From assembly GCA_942492995.1 (NCBI GenBank), contig OW818653.1, positions 240,001 through 272,000 of the forward strand: a stretch of 32,000 bases of DNA. The letters are read 5' to 3'. The notes under the pieces were generated by a model. That model searched no databases, was not told the origin of the DNA, and saw only the letters and a list, made by a program, of their open reading frames with translations. Position numbers and translations under genes: made by a program. Shown here in pieces: positions 7,229 through 14,933 of this stretch. The DNA comes from an uncultured Erysipelotrichaceae bacterium (GTDB lineage: Bacteria > Bacillota_I > Bacilli_A > Erysipelotrichales > Erysipelotrichaceae). The stretch's first letter is position 1; every line of letters begins with the position of its first letter.

Positions 7229-7258
7229 CAACGGACTGAAAATCCGTTGTTCGTTTTT
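7229..7258 (+). terminator. Second hairpin plus T-tract; the stem-loop is identical in form to a tRNA-Phe(GAA) anticodon arm
   Basis: CAACGGA-CTGAAAA-TCCGTTG followed by TTCGTTTTT. The 7-nt loop has U at position 33, GAA at 34-36 and A at 37. Confidence 0.55.
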
Positions 7259-7334
7259 CAACTGATATTTAAATAAAAGATATAAAGATTATTTTTGTTG
7301 GTTCGTTTATAATATTACTTAAAAGGGGAGAATA

Positions 7335-8183
7335 ATGAGTAATATTATAGATGCAATAATTAATATAGTAAATAATCCTATGTTCGAATTAAAAAAATAC
7401 GACACAACTAATAATAGAGCAAACGATATGGGAAAAGCTCTTGAAGAATATGTAAAAGATGTTTTTGCGAACACTTTATATGAAAAAAATCAAACAAAAA
7501 GGAACAACAAGATATCCAACACTTTTAGTTATCTTGGAAATAAAAATAATCCACCTGATTGTATTCTTCGTGGCGGAGATGCAATTGAAGTTAAAAAAAT
7601 ACAAGAGTATAAAGCAGATCTTGCACTAAATTCGTCCCATCCAAAATCGATGTTATATGCAAATAGTCCGTTAATTTCAAAAGCGTGTATAAATTGTGAA
7701 TCTTGGACAGAAAAAGAAATTATATATATTACAGGTGTTGTAAATGAAGATAATCTTTCAGATTTAGCTATGGTATATGGTATGGATTATGCAGCTTCAG
7801 AAGATGCGTATTTAAGAGTGAAAGAATATATTAAAGATAGTATAAGTCATATTCCAGATGTAGATTTTTCCGAAACAAAAGAGTTAGGTAGAGTAAATAA
7901 TGTGGACCCATTAGGAATAACATACCTTAGAATCAGAGGCATGTGGGGAATATCAAACCCTTTCAATGTGTTCCAATACATTTATACTAAAAACAAGAAT
8001 CATCGTTTTAATTTAATGGTAATAATTAGTTTAGAGAAATTCAAATCATTTGAAAACTCGATTGAATTATTGAGTTTATCGTTAACGGTTCCTAATTTAA
8101 AAATTAGAACAAAACAAATTTATGATCCGAATAATAAAGCTAATTTAGTCGATGCTATGTTGATAACATTTTCAAAGGAGTAG
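7335..8183 (+). CDS. Type II restriction endonuclease, PD-(D/E)XK fold (NgoPII-like, probable GGCC)
   Basis: Signature NPPDCILRGGDAIEVKK (PD...ExK). SD AAAGGGGAG upstream. It ends 6 nt before an NgoPII/HaeIII-like m5C methyltransferase gene. 282 aa is close to the size I recall for R.NgoPII. Confidence 0.65.
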   Translation: MSNIIDAIINIVNNPMFELKKYDTTNNRANDMGKALEEYVKDVFANTLYEKNQTKRNNKISNTFSYLGNKNNPPDCILRGGDAIEVKKIQEYKADLALNSSHPKSMLYANSPLISKACINCESWTEKEIIYITGVVNEDNLSDLAMVYGMDYAASEDAYLRVKEYIKDSISHIPDVDFSETKELGRVNNVDPLGITYLRIRGMWGISNPFNVFQYIYTKNKNHRFNLMVIISLEKFKSFENSIELLSLSLTVPNLKIRTKQIYDPNNKANLVDAMLITFSKE

Positions 8184-8189
8184 ATAAGA

Positions 8190-9188
8190 ATGAAATTAGT
8201 TAGCTTGTTTTCCGGAGCTGGTGGAATGGATTTAGGTTTTAAAAAAGCTGGTTTCAAAATAGTTTTTGCAAATGAATATGATAAAACGATTTGGGAGACA
8301 TATGAAAAAAACCATCATTCACATCTAAATAAGAATGATATTAGAGTTTTAAAAAGTGAAGATATTCCTGAATGTGATGGGATAATTGGTGGCCCTCCAT
8401 GTCAATCTTGGTCTGAAGCAGGCACTTTAAGAGGAATTGACGATCATAGAGGTCAGCTTTTTTATGAGTTTATCAGAATACTCAGTGATAAACAACCAAA
8501 GTTTTTTGTTGCCGAAAATGTCTCCGGAATGTTAGCTGAAAGACACAGCCCTGCAGTTGAGAATATTATCAATATGTTTGAAAATGCAGGAACTGGGTAC
8601 GATGTATATATAAAAATGTTAAATGCTTCTGATTATGGAGTTGCTCAAGATAGAAAGCGAATTTTTTATGTTGGGTTCAGAAAAGATTTAAATGTTATTT
8701 TTAAATTCCCAGAACCATTAAGTAGTAAGAAAGTTTTAAAAGATATTATTTGGGATTTAAAAGATAATGCTAAACCTGCTCAAAAAATGAATAATGCCAA
8801 TAGTGATTTAGAAATAAGTAACCATGAGTATATGACAGGTGAGTTTTCTTCTATTTTCATGAGTCGAAATAGAGTAAGAAGTTGGGATGAACCAAGTTTC
8901 ACAATACAAGCAGGTGGGAGACATGCTCCGATTCATCCAAATGCTCCAAAAATGATTAAAGTTGAAAAGGATATCCAGAAGTTCGCTGAGGGAAGTGAAG
9001 ATAAATATAGAAGATTAACAGTAAGAGAATGTGCGAGAATCCAATCATTTCCGGAAGATTTTATATTTTACTATAAAAAAGTTGCGGATGGTTACAAAAT
9101 GGTAGGGAATGCGGTTCCTGTTGAATTAGCATATTATGTCGCAAAATCAGTTAAAAATGCATTATTTCAAGTTGAACAATCCAAGTAA
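8190..9188 (+). CDS. DNA (cytosine-5)-methyltransferase, M.HaeIII / M.NgoPII-like (probable GGCC)
   Basis: Canonical m5C motifs: [11 protein letters not shown] (I), GGPPCQSWS (IV), ENV (VI), [11 protein letters not shown] (VIII), [18 protein letters not shown] and GNAVPV (IX/X). It is colinear along its length with my recollection of M.HaeIII and M.NgoPII, including the variable region ([17 protein letters not shown]). Confidence 0.9.
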   Translation: MKLVSLFSGAGGMDLGFKKAGFKIVFANEYDKTIWETYEKNHHSHLNKNDIRVLKSEDIPECDGIIGGPPCQSWSEAGTLRGIDDHRGQLFYEFIRILSDKQPKFFVAENVSGMLAERHSPAVENIINMFENAGTGYDVYIKMLNASDYGVAQDRKRIFYVGFRKDLNVIFKFPEPLSSKKVLKDIIWDLKDNAKPAQKMNNANSDLEISNHEYMTGEFSSIFMSRNRVRSWDEPSFTIQAGGRHAPIHPNAPKMIKVEKDIQKFAEGSEDKYRRLTVRECARIQSFPEDFIFYYKKVADGYKMVGNAVPVELAYYVAKSVKNALFQVEQSK

Positions 9189-9231
9189 ATAATTCTGGTA
9201 ATAATCCTGATTTATTACAGAAAAAATGATT

Positions 9232-9253
9232 TGTATCACCACTGTATCACCAC
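9232..9253. repeat. Perfect 11-bp tandem direct repeat, TGTATCACCAC x2
   Basis: Read directly: 9232-9242 equals 9243-9253. It lies between the methyltransferase stop and the tRNA-Ser terminator. Confidence 0.9.
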
Positions 9254-9284
9254 AAAAATAAAAAACCCTTATAAAATAAGGGTT
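9254..9284 (-). terminator. Terminator of tRNA-Ser (minus strand)
   Basis: AACCCTT-ATAAAAT-AAGGGTT hairpin. On the minus strand it is followed by TTTTTTATTTTT. Confidence 0.7.
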
Positions 9285-9293
9285 AAACGCTAC

Positions 9294-9381
9294 TGGCGGA
9301 GGACATGAGATTCGAACTCACGGAAGCTTGCACTTCGCCACCTTTCCAAGATGGTGCCTTAAACCGCTCGGCCAATCCTCC
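9294..9381 (-). tRNA. tRNA-Ser (anticodon GGA), class II with long variable arm, CCA encoded
   Basis: Reverse complement: GGAGGATTGGCCGAGCGGTTTAAGGCACCATCTTGGAAAGGTGGCGAAGTGCAAGCTTCCGTGAGTTCGAATCTCATGTCCTCCGCCA. The acceptor pairs, the anticodon stem is CCATC/GGTGG with loop TTGGAAA, there is a long variable arm, and the T-loop is GTTCGAATC. Confidence 0.9.
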
Positions 9382-9394
9382 AGAGGCAAGTTTT

Positions 9395-9423
9395 ATTATA
9401 CATAAAAGGGAGTAACTTGTCAT
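9395..9423 (-). promoter_or_regulatory. Putative sigma-A promoter for tRNA-Ser
   Basis: Minus strand reads ATGACA, a 17-nt spacer, then TATAAT. The -10 ends 13 nt upstream of the mature tRNA 5' end. Confidence 0.45.
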
Positions 9424-9455
9424 CAAAAAAGTTATGGAATATGAGTGAGTACTAA

Positions 9456-9486
9456 TTGATAATGAATTATTCACTTATGTTATAAT
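9456..9486 (+). promoter_or_regulatory. Putative promoter for the lemA operon
   Basis: TTGATA, a 19-nt spacer, then an extended -10 TGTTATAAT. The spacer is longer than optimal. Confidence 0.35.
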
Positions 9487-9522
9487 TCAAATTGTTAGAG
9501 AAGATATTCAAGGAGAAAAAAT

Positions 9523-10074
9523 ATGAAAAAATGGTTAATACCAATAGGTATCGTTGTCGTACTAGCAGTGATGTTAATGTCCGGATACAACGGTCTTGTA
9601 CAGATTAATGAAGATGTGAATGGAAAATGGAGCCAAGTTGAAAATCAACTTCAACGTAGAGCAGATTTAATTCCTAACTTAGTTGAGACAGTCAAAGCAT
9701 ATGCGGCACATGAAACAGAAGTATTCACAGCTTTAGCAGATGCAAGAGCCGCATTAGCAGGTGCGAGTAGTGTAAGTGAAACTGAAGAAGCTAATCAAGC
9801 AATGAATGCTGGATTGGGTCGTTTAATTGCGATTGCAGAAGCGTATCCAGAATTAAAATCAAATGTTAATTTCATGGCTTTACAAGATGAATTAGCAGGA
9901 ACAGAAAATCGAATTGCGACAGCACGTATGGATTATAATACAGTTGTTCAAACGTATAACACCAAAGTGAAATCATTACCAACAGCTCTATATGCTGGAT
10001 TATTAGGTTTTAGTGAAAAAGAATATTTCGAAGCTGAAGATGGCGCTGAAAATGGCGTAGATGTAGATTTTTAA
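9523..10074 (+). CDS. lemA: LemA family membrane protein
   Basis: N-terminal TM, then the characteristic YNGLVQINEDVNGKWSQVENQLQRRADLIPNLVETVKAYAAHE and ELAGTENRIATARMDYN. SD AAGGAGAAA upstream. Confidence 0.85.
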   Translation: MKKWLIPIGIVVVLAVMLMSGYNGLVQINEDVNGKWSQVENQLQRRADLIPNLVETVKAYAAHETEVFTALADARAALAGASSVSETEEANQAMNAGLGRLIAIAEAYPELKSNVNFMALQDELAGTENRIATARMDYNTVVQTYNTKVKSLPTALYAGLLGFSEKEYFEAEDGAENGVDVDF

Positions 10075-10083
10075 GAAGGAATA

Positions 10084-10836
10084 ATGAAACGATTTATAAC
10101 ATCATTCATTACCAAATTAGGTTTAATTAGCTTGTTTTTGGTTTGGGCACATCCTGTTTATGCGATGGATCTACCTCAGCCGAATTCAAGCTTTTATGTA
10201 TATGATCAAGCAGATTTAATTAGTACATCGGTTGAACTAGAAATTATCAAAATATCTGAAGCATTATATAAAGAATCACAAGCACAAATTGTAGTCGTAA
10301 CGCTTGATAACTTAAATGGATCTGATTTAGAACAATATTCTGTCCAACTCTTTCGTGAATGGGGTATTGGGGATGTTGAGAAGAATAATGGTGTATTAAT
10401 AATATTAGCAGTAGAAGAAAGAGAAGTTAGAATAGAAGTTGGATATGGACTTGAAGGCGCAATTCCAGATAGTGTTGCAGGTAGAATACTCGATGAAGCA
10501 ATGTTGCCAAATATTGAGGCAGGAGATTTCGATAAGGCTTTCTCAGATACGTATCAACTCGTTTTAACTCGTGTAATGAATGAGTATGGCATTGAATCAT
10601 TAGTTGGTGTTGAAACTGAACCTGAAAGTTCATATGATGATATTCCTTGGGTTTGGATCATACTTGGTGGCATAATTCTACTTATTTTAGATGGTTTTTA
10701 TTTAAATGGTTTAATCCTTAATATCCTATTTAGAATATTACTTATGTCTACTTTTGGAGGTAGAAGTGGTGGTGGTTCATTCAATCGAGGTGGTGGAGGA
10801 AGTACCGGTGGCGGTGGTTCATCTCGTGGTTGGTAA
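10084..10836 (+). CDS. TPM (YgcG-like) domain membrane protein with Gly-rich C-terminal tail
   Basis: Signal peptide, then VYDQADLIS...QIVVVTLDNLNGSDLEQYSVQLFREWGIGDVEKNNGVLIILAVEEREVRIEVGYGLEG. C-terminal TM and GGRSGGGSFNRGGGGSTGGGGSSRGW tail. This is the usual partner of LemA. Confidence 0.8.
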   Translation: MKRFITSFITKLGLISLFLVWAHPVYAMDLPQPNSSFYVYDQADLISTSVELEIIKISEALYKESQAQIVVVTLDNLNGSDLEQYSVQLFREWGIGDVEKNNGVLIILAVEEREVRIEVGYGLEGAIPDSVAGRILDEAMLPNIEAGDFDKAFSDTYQLVLTRVMNEYGIESLVGVETEPESSYDDIPWVWIILGGIILLILDGFYLNGLILNILFRILLMSTFGGRSGGGSFNRGGGGSTGGGGSSRGW

Positions 10837-10892
10837 ATTTAAAGTATTTGATTGATTTTTTTACCAATATACGATAAGATAAATCATGCAAT

Positions 10893-10977
10893 GCCCTGGT
10901 GGTGAAATTGGTAGACGCAATGGACTCAAAATCCATCGACGAAAGTCGTGTCGGTTCGACTCCGACCCGGGGCACCA
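10893..10977 (+). tRNA. tRNA-Leu (anticodon CAA), class II, CCA encoded
   Basis: GCCCTGGTGGTGAAATTGGTAGACGCAATGGACTCAAAATCCATCGACGAAAGTCGTGTCGGTTCGACTCCGACCCGGGGCACCA. Anticodon stem ATGGA/TCCAT with loop CTCAAAA, a long variable arm, and T-loop GTTCGACTC. Confidence 0.9.
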
Positions 10978-10990
10978 TTATTTGTAAATT

Positions 10991-11013
10991 AAACTCTTTT
11001 AAAGAGTTTTTTT
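10991..11013 (+). terminator. Terminator after tRNA-Leu
   Basis: AAACTCTT-TTAA-AAGAGTTT hairpin followed by TTTTT. Confidence 0.7.
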
Positions 11014-11035
11014 ATTGAATATATATGACACTAAA

Positions 11036-11060
11036 TTAAAAAGTACCTTTAAAGGTACTT
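11036..11060 (-). terminator. Terminator of the alcohol dehydrogenase gene
   Basis: Palindrome AAGTACCTTT/AAAGGTACTT, followed on the minus strand by TTTTAATTT. It overlaps the stop codon. Confidence 0.6.
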
Positions 11061-12210
11061 ACAAGCATTGTACAAACATCTCTTCAACTTCTTGTTTGCT
11101 AAGTACATCATCTTCCTCTATAGTTTGATGAACTAAATCCAAGAATTGATCATTAACCTCATATTGTGCAAACTCTTTGTATGATGTCGCTATTCCATAT
11201 TCCTTAAACATATTTTCAAGTTTGATTAGCCCTTCTTCAATAATCTGTTGATCAGTTTTATCTAACGGATCAACATGCATAACATTCTTCATATAGCTTA
11301 AACCATTCATTGGATAATGCTTAACGATTGCTTTTAACCATTTCGGGAAAATAATCGCGATTGCATATCGATACTGTATTTTAAGAATATCTTCCGCAAT
11401 GCTTTCAGATGCATATATGGACCATAAAGATTTTTTGCCTCTATTTAAAATACCTAAGGTATTTAATGCTGAAGCCCACATCAAATTTGCACGAGCATCA
11501 TAGTCATTAGGTTTATTCAGTACGATATCTAAATTTAATAAAACTTGTTTCAATACACTCTCAATTAAACCATCCGCTATACTTGATTCACCTCCGAAAT
11601 AAGATGATGATAGTTGTGCGAATGCGACCAATGCACCATAAGTAGTTTCTTTAGGGGATACACTAAAACTAAATTCAGGATAAAGAATCGCAAATTTAGG
11701 ATATTTACCATAAAGTGCCCCATGTTCACCTGTTTCAAAATAATCAATCTCCGCAGCAGAATCAACTTCGGAACCACCAGAAGGGTATGTAGGAATTTCA
11801 CCAACAGGTAACATATCAAAATCTTTATTTGATTTTTCTTCACTAAGGAATGACCAAAGATCTTTATTTTTAACTCCAAAACCAATTATCTTAGCCATAT
11901 CCATTACGGATGAACCACCAATACCCAGAATTACATCAACATGTTCATTTTGAGCTATTTGGATTGCGTCTAAAACTCTTTGATATGATGGACGTGTATT
12001 TCCACCGAAATCAATAATTTTTATATTTTCATTTAATAAAACATCTACAATCTTTTGATAATGACCGTATTTTTTAAGTGATTCACCTCCATAAACTAAC
12101 ATAGCAGTAGAACCATATTTCTTAATTTCTAAGGGAAGATTTTTTAATGAATCTTTTCCAAAATGGATGATGACAGGATTCTGATACGTAAAATCAAACA
12201 TAAGTTTCAC
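11059..12210 (-). CDS. Iron-containing (group III) alcohol dehydrogenase
   Basis: 383 aa. Fe-ADH signature GIGGSSVMDMAKIIG and overall Fe-ADH layout (LVYGGESLKK...). SD AGAGGTGAAA upstream. Confidence 0.8.
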   Translation of the reverse strand: MKLMFDFTYQNPVIIHFGKDSLKNLPLEIKKYGSTAMLVYGGESLKKYGHYQKIVDVLLNENIKIIDFGGNTRPSYQRVLDAIQIAQNEHVDVILGIGGSSVMDMAKIIGFGVKNKDLWSFLSEEKSNKDFDMLPVGEIPTYPSGGSEVDSAAEIDYFETGEHGALYGKYPKFAILYPEFSFSVSPKETTYGALVAFAQLSSSYFGGESSIADGLIESVLKQVLLNLDIVLNKPNDYDARANLMWASALNTLGILNRGKKSLWSIYASESIAEDILKIQYRYAIAIIFPKWLKAIVKHYPMNGLSYMKNVMHVDPLDKTDQQIIEEGLIKLENMFKEYGIATSYKEFAQYEVNDQFLDLVHQTIEEDDVLSKQEVEEMFVQCL

Positions 12211-12570
12211 CTCTTAATTGGATTATAAACCTAAAGTTAACTTGAGAGTCAATAGATAGATTCAAATATAATAGAAAATCAAAATAATAAAATTTTCCTA
12301 ATTATCGAATAGCCTTATAGATAAAGGTTATTTGATGTTTCATTTTAGAATATTTGTAAGTTTTTGTTGATAACAATAAATATAGAAACTATTTCAGTAA
12401 ATAATGCATAATTAGATATTAATTTATATAAAAAATACATAACAATGATTGTACACTAACGTATGAAGTTGTAAAATTAAACAAGGTATACTAACAAAAT
12501 TGAAGTACAGAAAGTAATCATAAATCATATAATAATCGCCACATGACTAAAATGAAAGGCACAATAGTTG

Positions 12571-13836
12571 ATGAGAAAGAGGAGTTTCATTCTAATTATC
12601 ACATGTTTCATTATTGTTAATCTTTTTGCATGTTCAAAACCTGAAATTAAAGATCTTTATTTTAGAATAACTTGGACAGATTATTCTGGACGTGGAGTTG
12701 CGATTCAAAAAGTTGTTGATGTTTATAACGCACAAAATAAGAATTATCGAATTGTTCTACAAGGCGGAGATGAAGATTTTGATACATTAGATAAACTAAT
12801 GACAGATGATGAACATAAAACGATTTATGTACTTCCATATCGCTTTGTGAGATATTTTGGGAGTCAAGAACACTTACTTAACCTAAGTGAAGATTTATCA
12901 AATCAAGAAGAATTATACTATCCAGATTTATGGGAATTAGGCAAAGTTGACGATAATGTATATGGTATTCCATGGGTAAGTCATTCAATCGCATTAATAT
13001 ACAATAAGAATATCCTTGATTTGGCTGGTGTTAATCCAGAACAAATCAATAGTCTAAATGCATTAGTGGATGCGTTAAAATTAGTTGATGAGAAGACGGA
13101 TGCATATGGGATTGGATTAGTAGGTGCAAATCATAATGATATATCTTGGATGGTAAATCAATTTATATATGGTTTTGGATCTAGTTTAGTTGATGATTCA
13201 GGAATGAATGTAACAATTAACAATACGAATTCAGTTGAAGCAATTAGCTTTTACAAAGATGTTTTAGGCCAGTATGCTCAACCAACTTGGTTAGATGATA
13301 CAGGTGTTGAAATAATGAATTACTTTAGAGAACAGAAATTGGCATTTGAATTTCAAGGCGTTTGGGGTATAACGGATATAGAGAAAAATGGAAGTTTATT
13401 TGAAACTGGGATAATCAATTTGAGTAATATTGGGCTAAGTCCTGAAGTAGGTCCATTATTATTATCAATTGAACCGGAAATGACTCAAGAAGACAAAGAA
13501 GAAGCGATAAAATTTATAAAATATATGATATCCGTTGAAGCTCAAGAAGAAATCATGAAGGGTGAATATAGCCCAGAACATGATGCATACTATCCATTCC
13601 GAGTACCTGCACGTAATGACTTAGTAAATAGTTTAGTCTTTGTAGAAAACCCGCAATATATTCCATTCACTACAGGATTTGAAAATCCAAGTATTGATGT
13701 ACCAACCGCTAAATGGCAAACCGTTAAAAATGATATCTATGCGCCTGGATTACATGCAGTTATGACGAATGAGTTATCAATAGAAGAATTTCTTAATCAA
13801 GTTGAAGTTGAAGGTAATCTGATTTTAAATCAATAA
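12571..13836 (+). CDS. Extracellular solute-binding lipoprotein (sugar-type ABC SBP family 1), orphan
   Basis: Lipobox IVNLFAC-S. The YGIPWVSHSIALIYNKNILDLAGVNPEQINSLNALVDALK region is typical of SBP_bac_1. No permease or ATPase genes are adjacent. ATG 12571 is preferred over TTG 12568. Confidence 0.7.
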   Translation: MRKRSFILIITCFIIVNLFACSKPEIKDLYFRITWTDYSGRGVAIQKVVDVYNAQNKNYRIVLQGGDEDFDTLDKLMTDDEHKTIYVLPYRFVRYFGSQEHLLNLSEDLSNQEELYYPDLWELGKVDDNVYGIPWVSHSIALIYNKNILDLAGVNPEQINSLNALVDALKLVDEKTDAYGIGLVGANHNDISWMVNQFIYGFGSSLVDDSGMNVTINNTNSVEAISFYKDVLGQYAQPTWLDDTGVEIMNYFREQKLAFEFQGVWGITDIEKNGSLFETGIINLSNIGLSPEVGPLLLSIEPEMTQEDKEEAIKFIKYMISVEAQEEIMKGEYSPEHDAYYPFRVPARNDLVNSLVFVENPQYIPFTTGFENPSIDVPTAKWQTVKNDIYAPGLHAVMTNELSIEEFLNQVEVEGNLILNQ

Positions 13837-13851
13837 ATTAAAGGAGTATTT

Positions 13852-14925
13852 ATGGAAAACAAGATTCTCATTGTAGAAGATTCGATTGTGGATACCGCAT
13901 TAATTAAAGCAATCTTATCAGATCAAAACCTTTACTTCGCAAAAGATGGCATAGAGGCTTTTGAAGTTATCGATAGAATACCCGATATCGATTTAATGAT
14001 TCTCGACATTAATATGCCTAGAATGAATGGATTTGAAGTGTTAGAAATTATGCGTAATAATTCAAAGTACGCAAAAATAGTAACTCTAATTTTAACGAAT
14101 CATGATGAACTTGAGAATGAAATAAAGGGATTGTCTTTAGGTGCGGTAGACTATATTCGTAAACCATTAAATATCGAATCTTTGAGAAAAAGAATTGATA
14201 TTCATTCCCGCTTAAAACAAGCCACTAAATTACTTGAAGAAAATAACTCAATTTTAGAAGAAACAGTTAAAGAGAGAACGAGTGAAATTGCATTAACACG
14301 TTCAATTACGATACATGCATTAATTGGATTGTTGGAAATTCGTGATATCGAATCAGGAAATCATACAATAAGAACACAGTACTTTATTAAGGCAATTTGT
14401 GAAGAACTCGCAAAGAAGGATCGCTACAAAGATATTCTTACTGAGGAATATATTCTGGAAATATTTGAGACAGCTCCTTTACATGATATTGGTAAAGTGG
14501 GTGTTCCGGACAATATATTATTGAAGCCGGGGAAATTAACACCAGAAGAATATGAAAAAATGAAATTGCATGTTATATATGGTGTAAATGCGATTATGGC
14601 CGATTCATATCATTTCATACCTTCGTTTATTAAAACAGCGATCGACATCATTGGTGGACATCATGAACAATACAATGGGAATGGTTATCCTAAAGGATTA
14701 AAAGGCGAAGAGATACCACTTGCTGGACGTCTTATGGCTTTTGCGGATGTTTATGATGCATTAATCAATAAACGTATTTATAAAGAAGCGTTCTCTCATG
14801 AAGTCGCGATGAATATGATATTGGAACGTTCTGGCACACAATTTGATCCTGAAATAGTTGAAGCTTTTGTCGCATGTGAAGATAGAATTATTGAAATTGC
14901 GGCACAATACAAGGCTCAGGAATAG
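13852..14925 (+). CDS. Response regulator with HD-GYP domain (RpfG-like, putative c-di-GMP phosphodiesterase)
   Basis: Receiver motifs ILIVEDS, LMILDINMPRMNGFE and KP. HD-GYP motifs HDIGKVGVPD and GGHHEQYNGNGYPKG. Confidence 0.85.
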   Translation: MENKILIVEDSIVDTALIKAILSDQNLYFAKDGIEAFEVIDRIPDIDLMILDINMPRMNGFEVLEIMRNNSKYAKIVTLILTNHDELENEIKGLSLGAVDYIRKPLNIESLRKRIDIHSRLKQATKLLEENNSILEETVKERTSEIALTRSITIHALIGLLEIRDIESGNHTIRTQYFIKAICEELAKKDRYKDILTEEYILEIFETAPLHDIGKVGVPDNILLKPGKLTPEEYEKMKLHVIYGVNAIMADSYHFIPSFIKTAIDIIGGHHEQYNGNGYPKGLKGEEIPLAGRLMAFADVYDALINKRIYKEAFSHEVAMNMILERSGTQFDPEIVEAFVACEDRIIEIAAQYKAQE

Positions 14926-14933
14926 AGGGTTTT

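Larger units (their letters stand above)
1..9293. mobile_element. Right arm of a prophage (or phage-derived element) plus accessory cargo, ending next to the 3' end of tRNA-Ser
   Basis: Same-strand block of tail-like genes, a holin/M23 endolysin lysis cassette and a terminator. Accessory TA-like and R-M genes follow. The block stops immediately before the 3' end of a tRNA gene at 9294. The left boundary and integrase lie outside the window. Confidence 0.6.

Noticed and set aside
9283-9474. 63-aa minus-strand ORF in the track
   Set aside because: It is almost entirely the tRNA-Ser(GGA) gene and its promoter region read as protein. It has no SD and its composition is driven by tRNA sequence.
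10750-10836. Gly-rich low-complexity tail (GGRSGGGSFNRGGGGSTGGGGSSRGW) as a possible repeat element
   Set aside because: Such glycine-rich C-termini are a normal feature of TPM/YgcG-family proteins and are not an independent element.
10781-10978. 65-aa minus-strand ORF in the track
   Set aside because: It is antisense to tRNA-Leu(CAA) and to the 3' end of the TPM-domain gene, so it is an artefact of the tRNA sequence.
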